A program made the translations under genes and the position numbers. From positions 92,318,001-92,382,000 of the forward strand of contig OX597815.1 of NCBI GenBank assembly GCA_951406725.2: a DNA stretch of 64,000 nucleotides. The letters are read 5' to 3'. The stretch comes from Octopus vulgaris. Its lineage: Eukaryota. A model generated the notes under the pieces. That model saw nothing but the letters and a program-made list of their open reading frames with translations, did no database searches and was not told where the DNA came from. Shown piece by piece: positions 63,330 through 64,000 of the stretch; position 1 is the stretch's first letter, and every line of letters starts with the position of its first letter.

Positions 63330-64000
63330 CATCAACATCATCATCATCATTGTCGTTTAACGTCCGCTTTCCATGCTAGCATGGGTTGGATGGTTTGACT
63401 GTGGGCTGGTGAACCGGATGGCTGCACCAAGCTCCAGTCTTGATCTGGCAGAGTTTCTACAGCTGGATGCCCTTCCTAACGCCAACCACTTCGAGAGTGT
63501 AGTGGGTGCTTTTACGTGCCACCGGCACAGGGGCCAGTCAGGCGGTACTGGCAACGACCTCACTAGAATTTTTTGGGCTAGACAGGCAGTACTGGCAACG
63601 ACCTCGCTTGAATTTTTTTACACATGCCAACGGCACAGGTGCCAGTAAGGCGATGCTGGTAACGATCCCGCTCGAATGGTGCCTCCTACATGCCACCGGC
63701 ATGGAAGCCAGTTAGCCACTCTGGCAACGATCACACTCAGATGGTGCTCTTAGCACTCTACTGGCACAGGCAAACAAGGTTATGGTCTCATTTGGCTTGC
63801 CGGGTCTTCTCAAGCACAGCATATTTTCAGAGGTTTCGGTCACTAGTCATTTCCTTCGTGAGGCCTTAAGTTAGAAGGTCGTGCTTCACCACTTCATCCC
63901 AGGTCTTTCTGGGTCTACCTCTTCCACAGGTTCCCTCAACCGCTAGGGTGTGGCACTTTTTCACACAGAAATCCTCATCCATTCTCGCTACATAACCATA
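63330..64000 (-). mobile_element. RTE-clade LINE 3' part, continues beyond the window
   Basis: ORF end (KCHTLAVEGTCGRGRPRKTWDEVVKHDL), repeat-array 3' UTR and (GAT)n tail at 63330-63355. Confidence 0.9.

Overview
AT-rich, repeat-dense eukaryotic (animal) genomic DNA. The SINE, RTE, Penelope and microsatellite repertoire points to a cephalopod such as Octopus; this is inferred. Three intron-containing host genes can be read by hand. (1) First coding exon of a TADA1-like gene (- strand, 3299-3369). (2) A complete 4-exon SURF4 gene (+ strand, 3898-26697, 270 aa, C-terminal KKNW dilysine signal), head-to-head with TADA1 across about 530 bp. (3) The last ten coding exons of a TECPR1-like gene (- strand, 62481 down to the stop at 42208; second DysF domain plus C-terminal tectonin beta-propeller), convergent with SURF4. 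The rest is mostly decayed mobile DNA: a full-length mariner in SURF4 intron 3, other mariner/hAT/Helitron-like remnants, RTE and CR1-like LINE fragments, several SINE families, and Penelope-like debris. The most interesting observations are: minimal hammerhead-ribozyme motifs (one nearly intact, on the sense strand of a TECPR1 intron); long foldback structures; a 92-bp palindrome whose insertion appears to have duplicated a splice donor; a partial exon duplicate differing only at synonymous sites; an atypical GTCTCC donor; and a PHD-like finger inside the RTE reverse transcriptase. Exon coordinates were counted by hand with phases checked. Repeat boundaries are approximate. No database searches were run.
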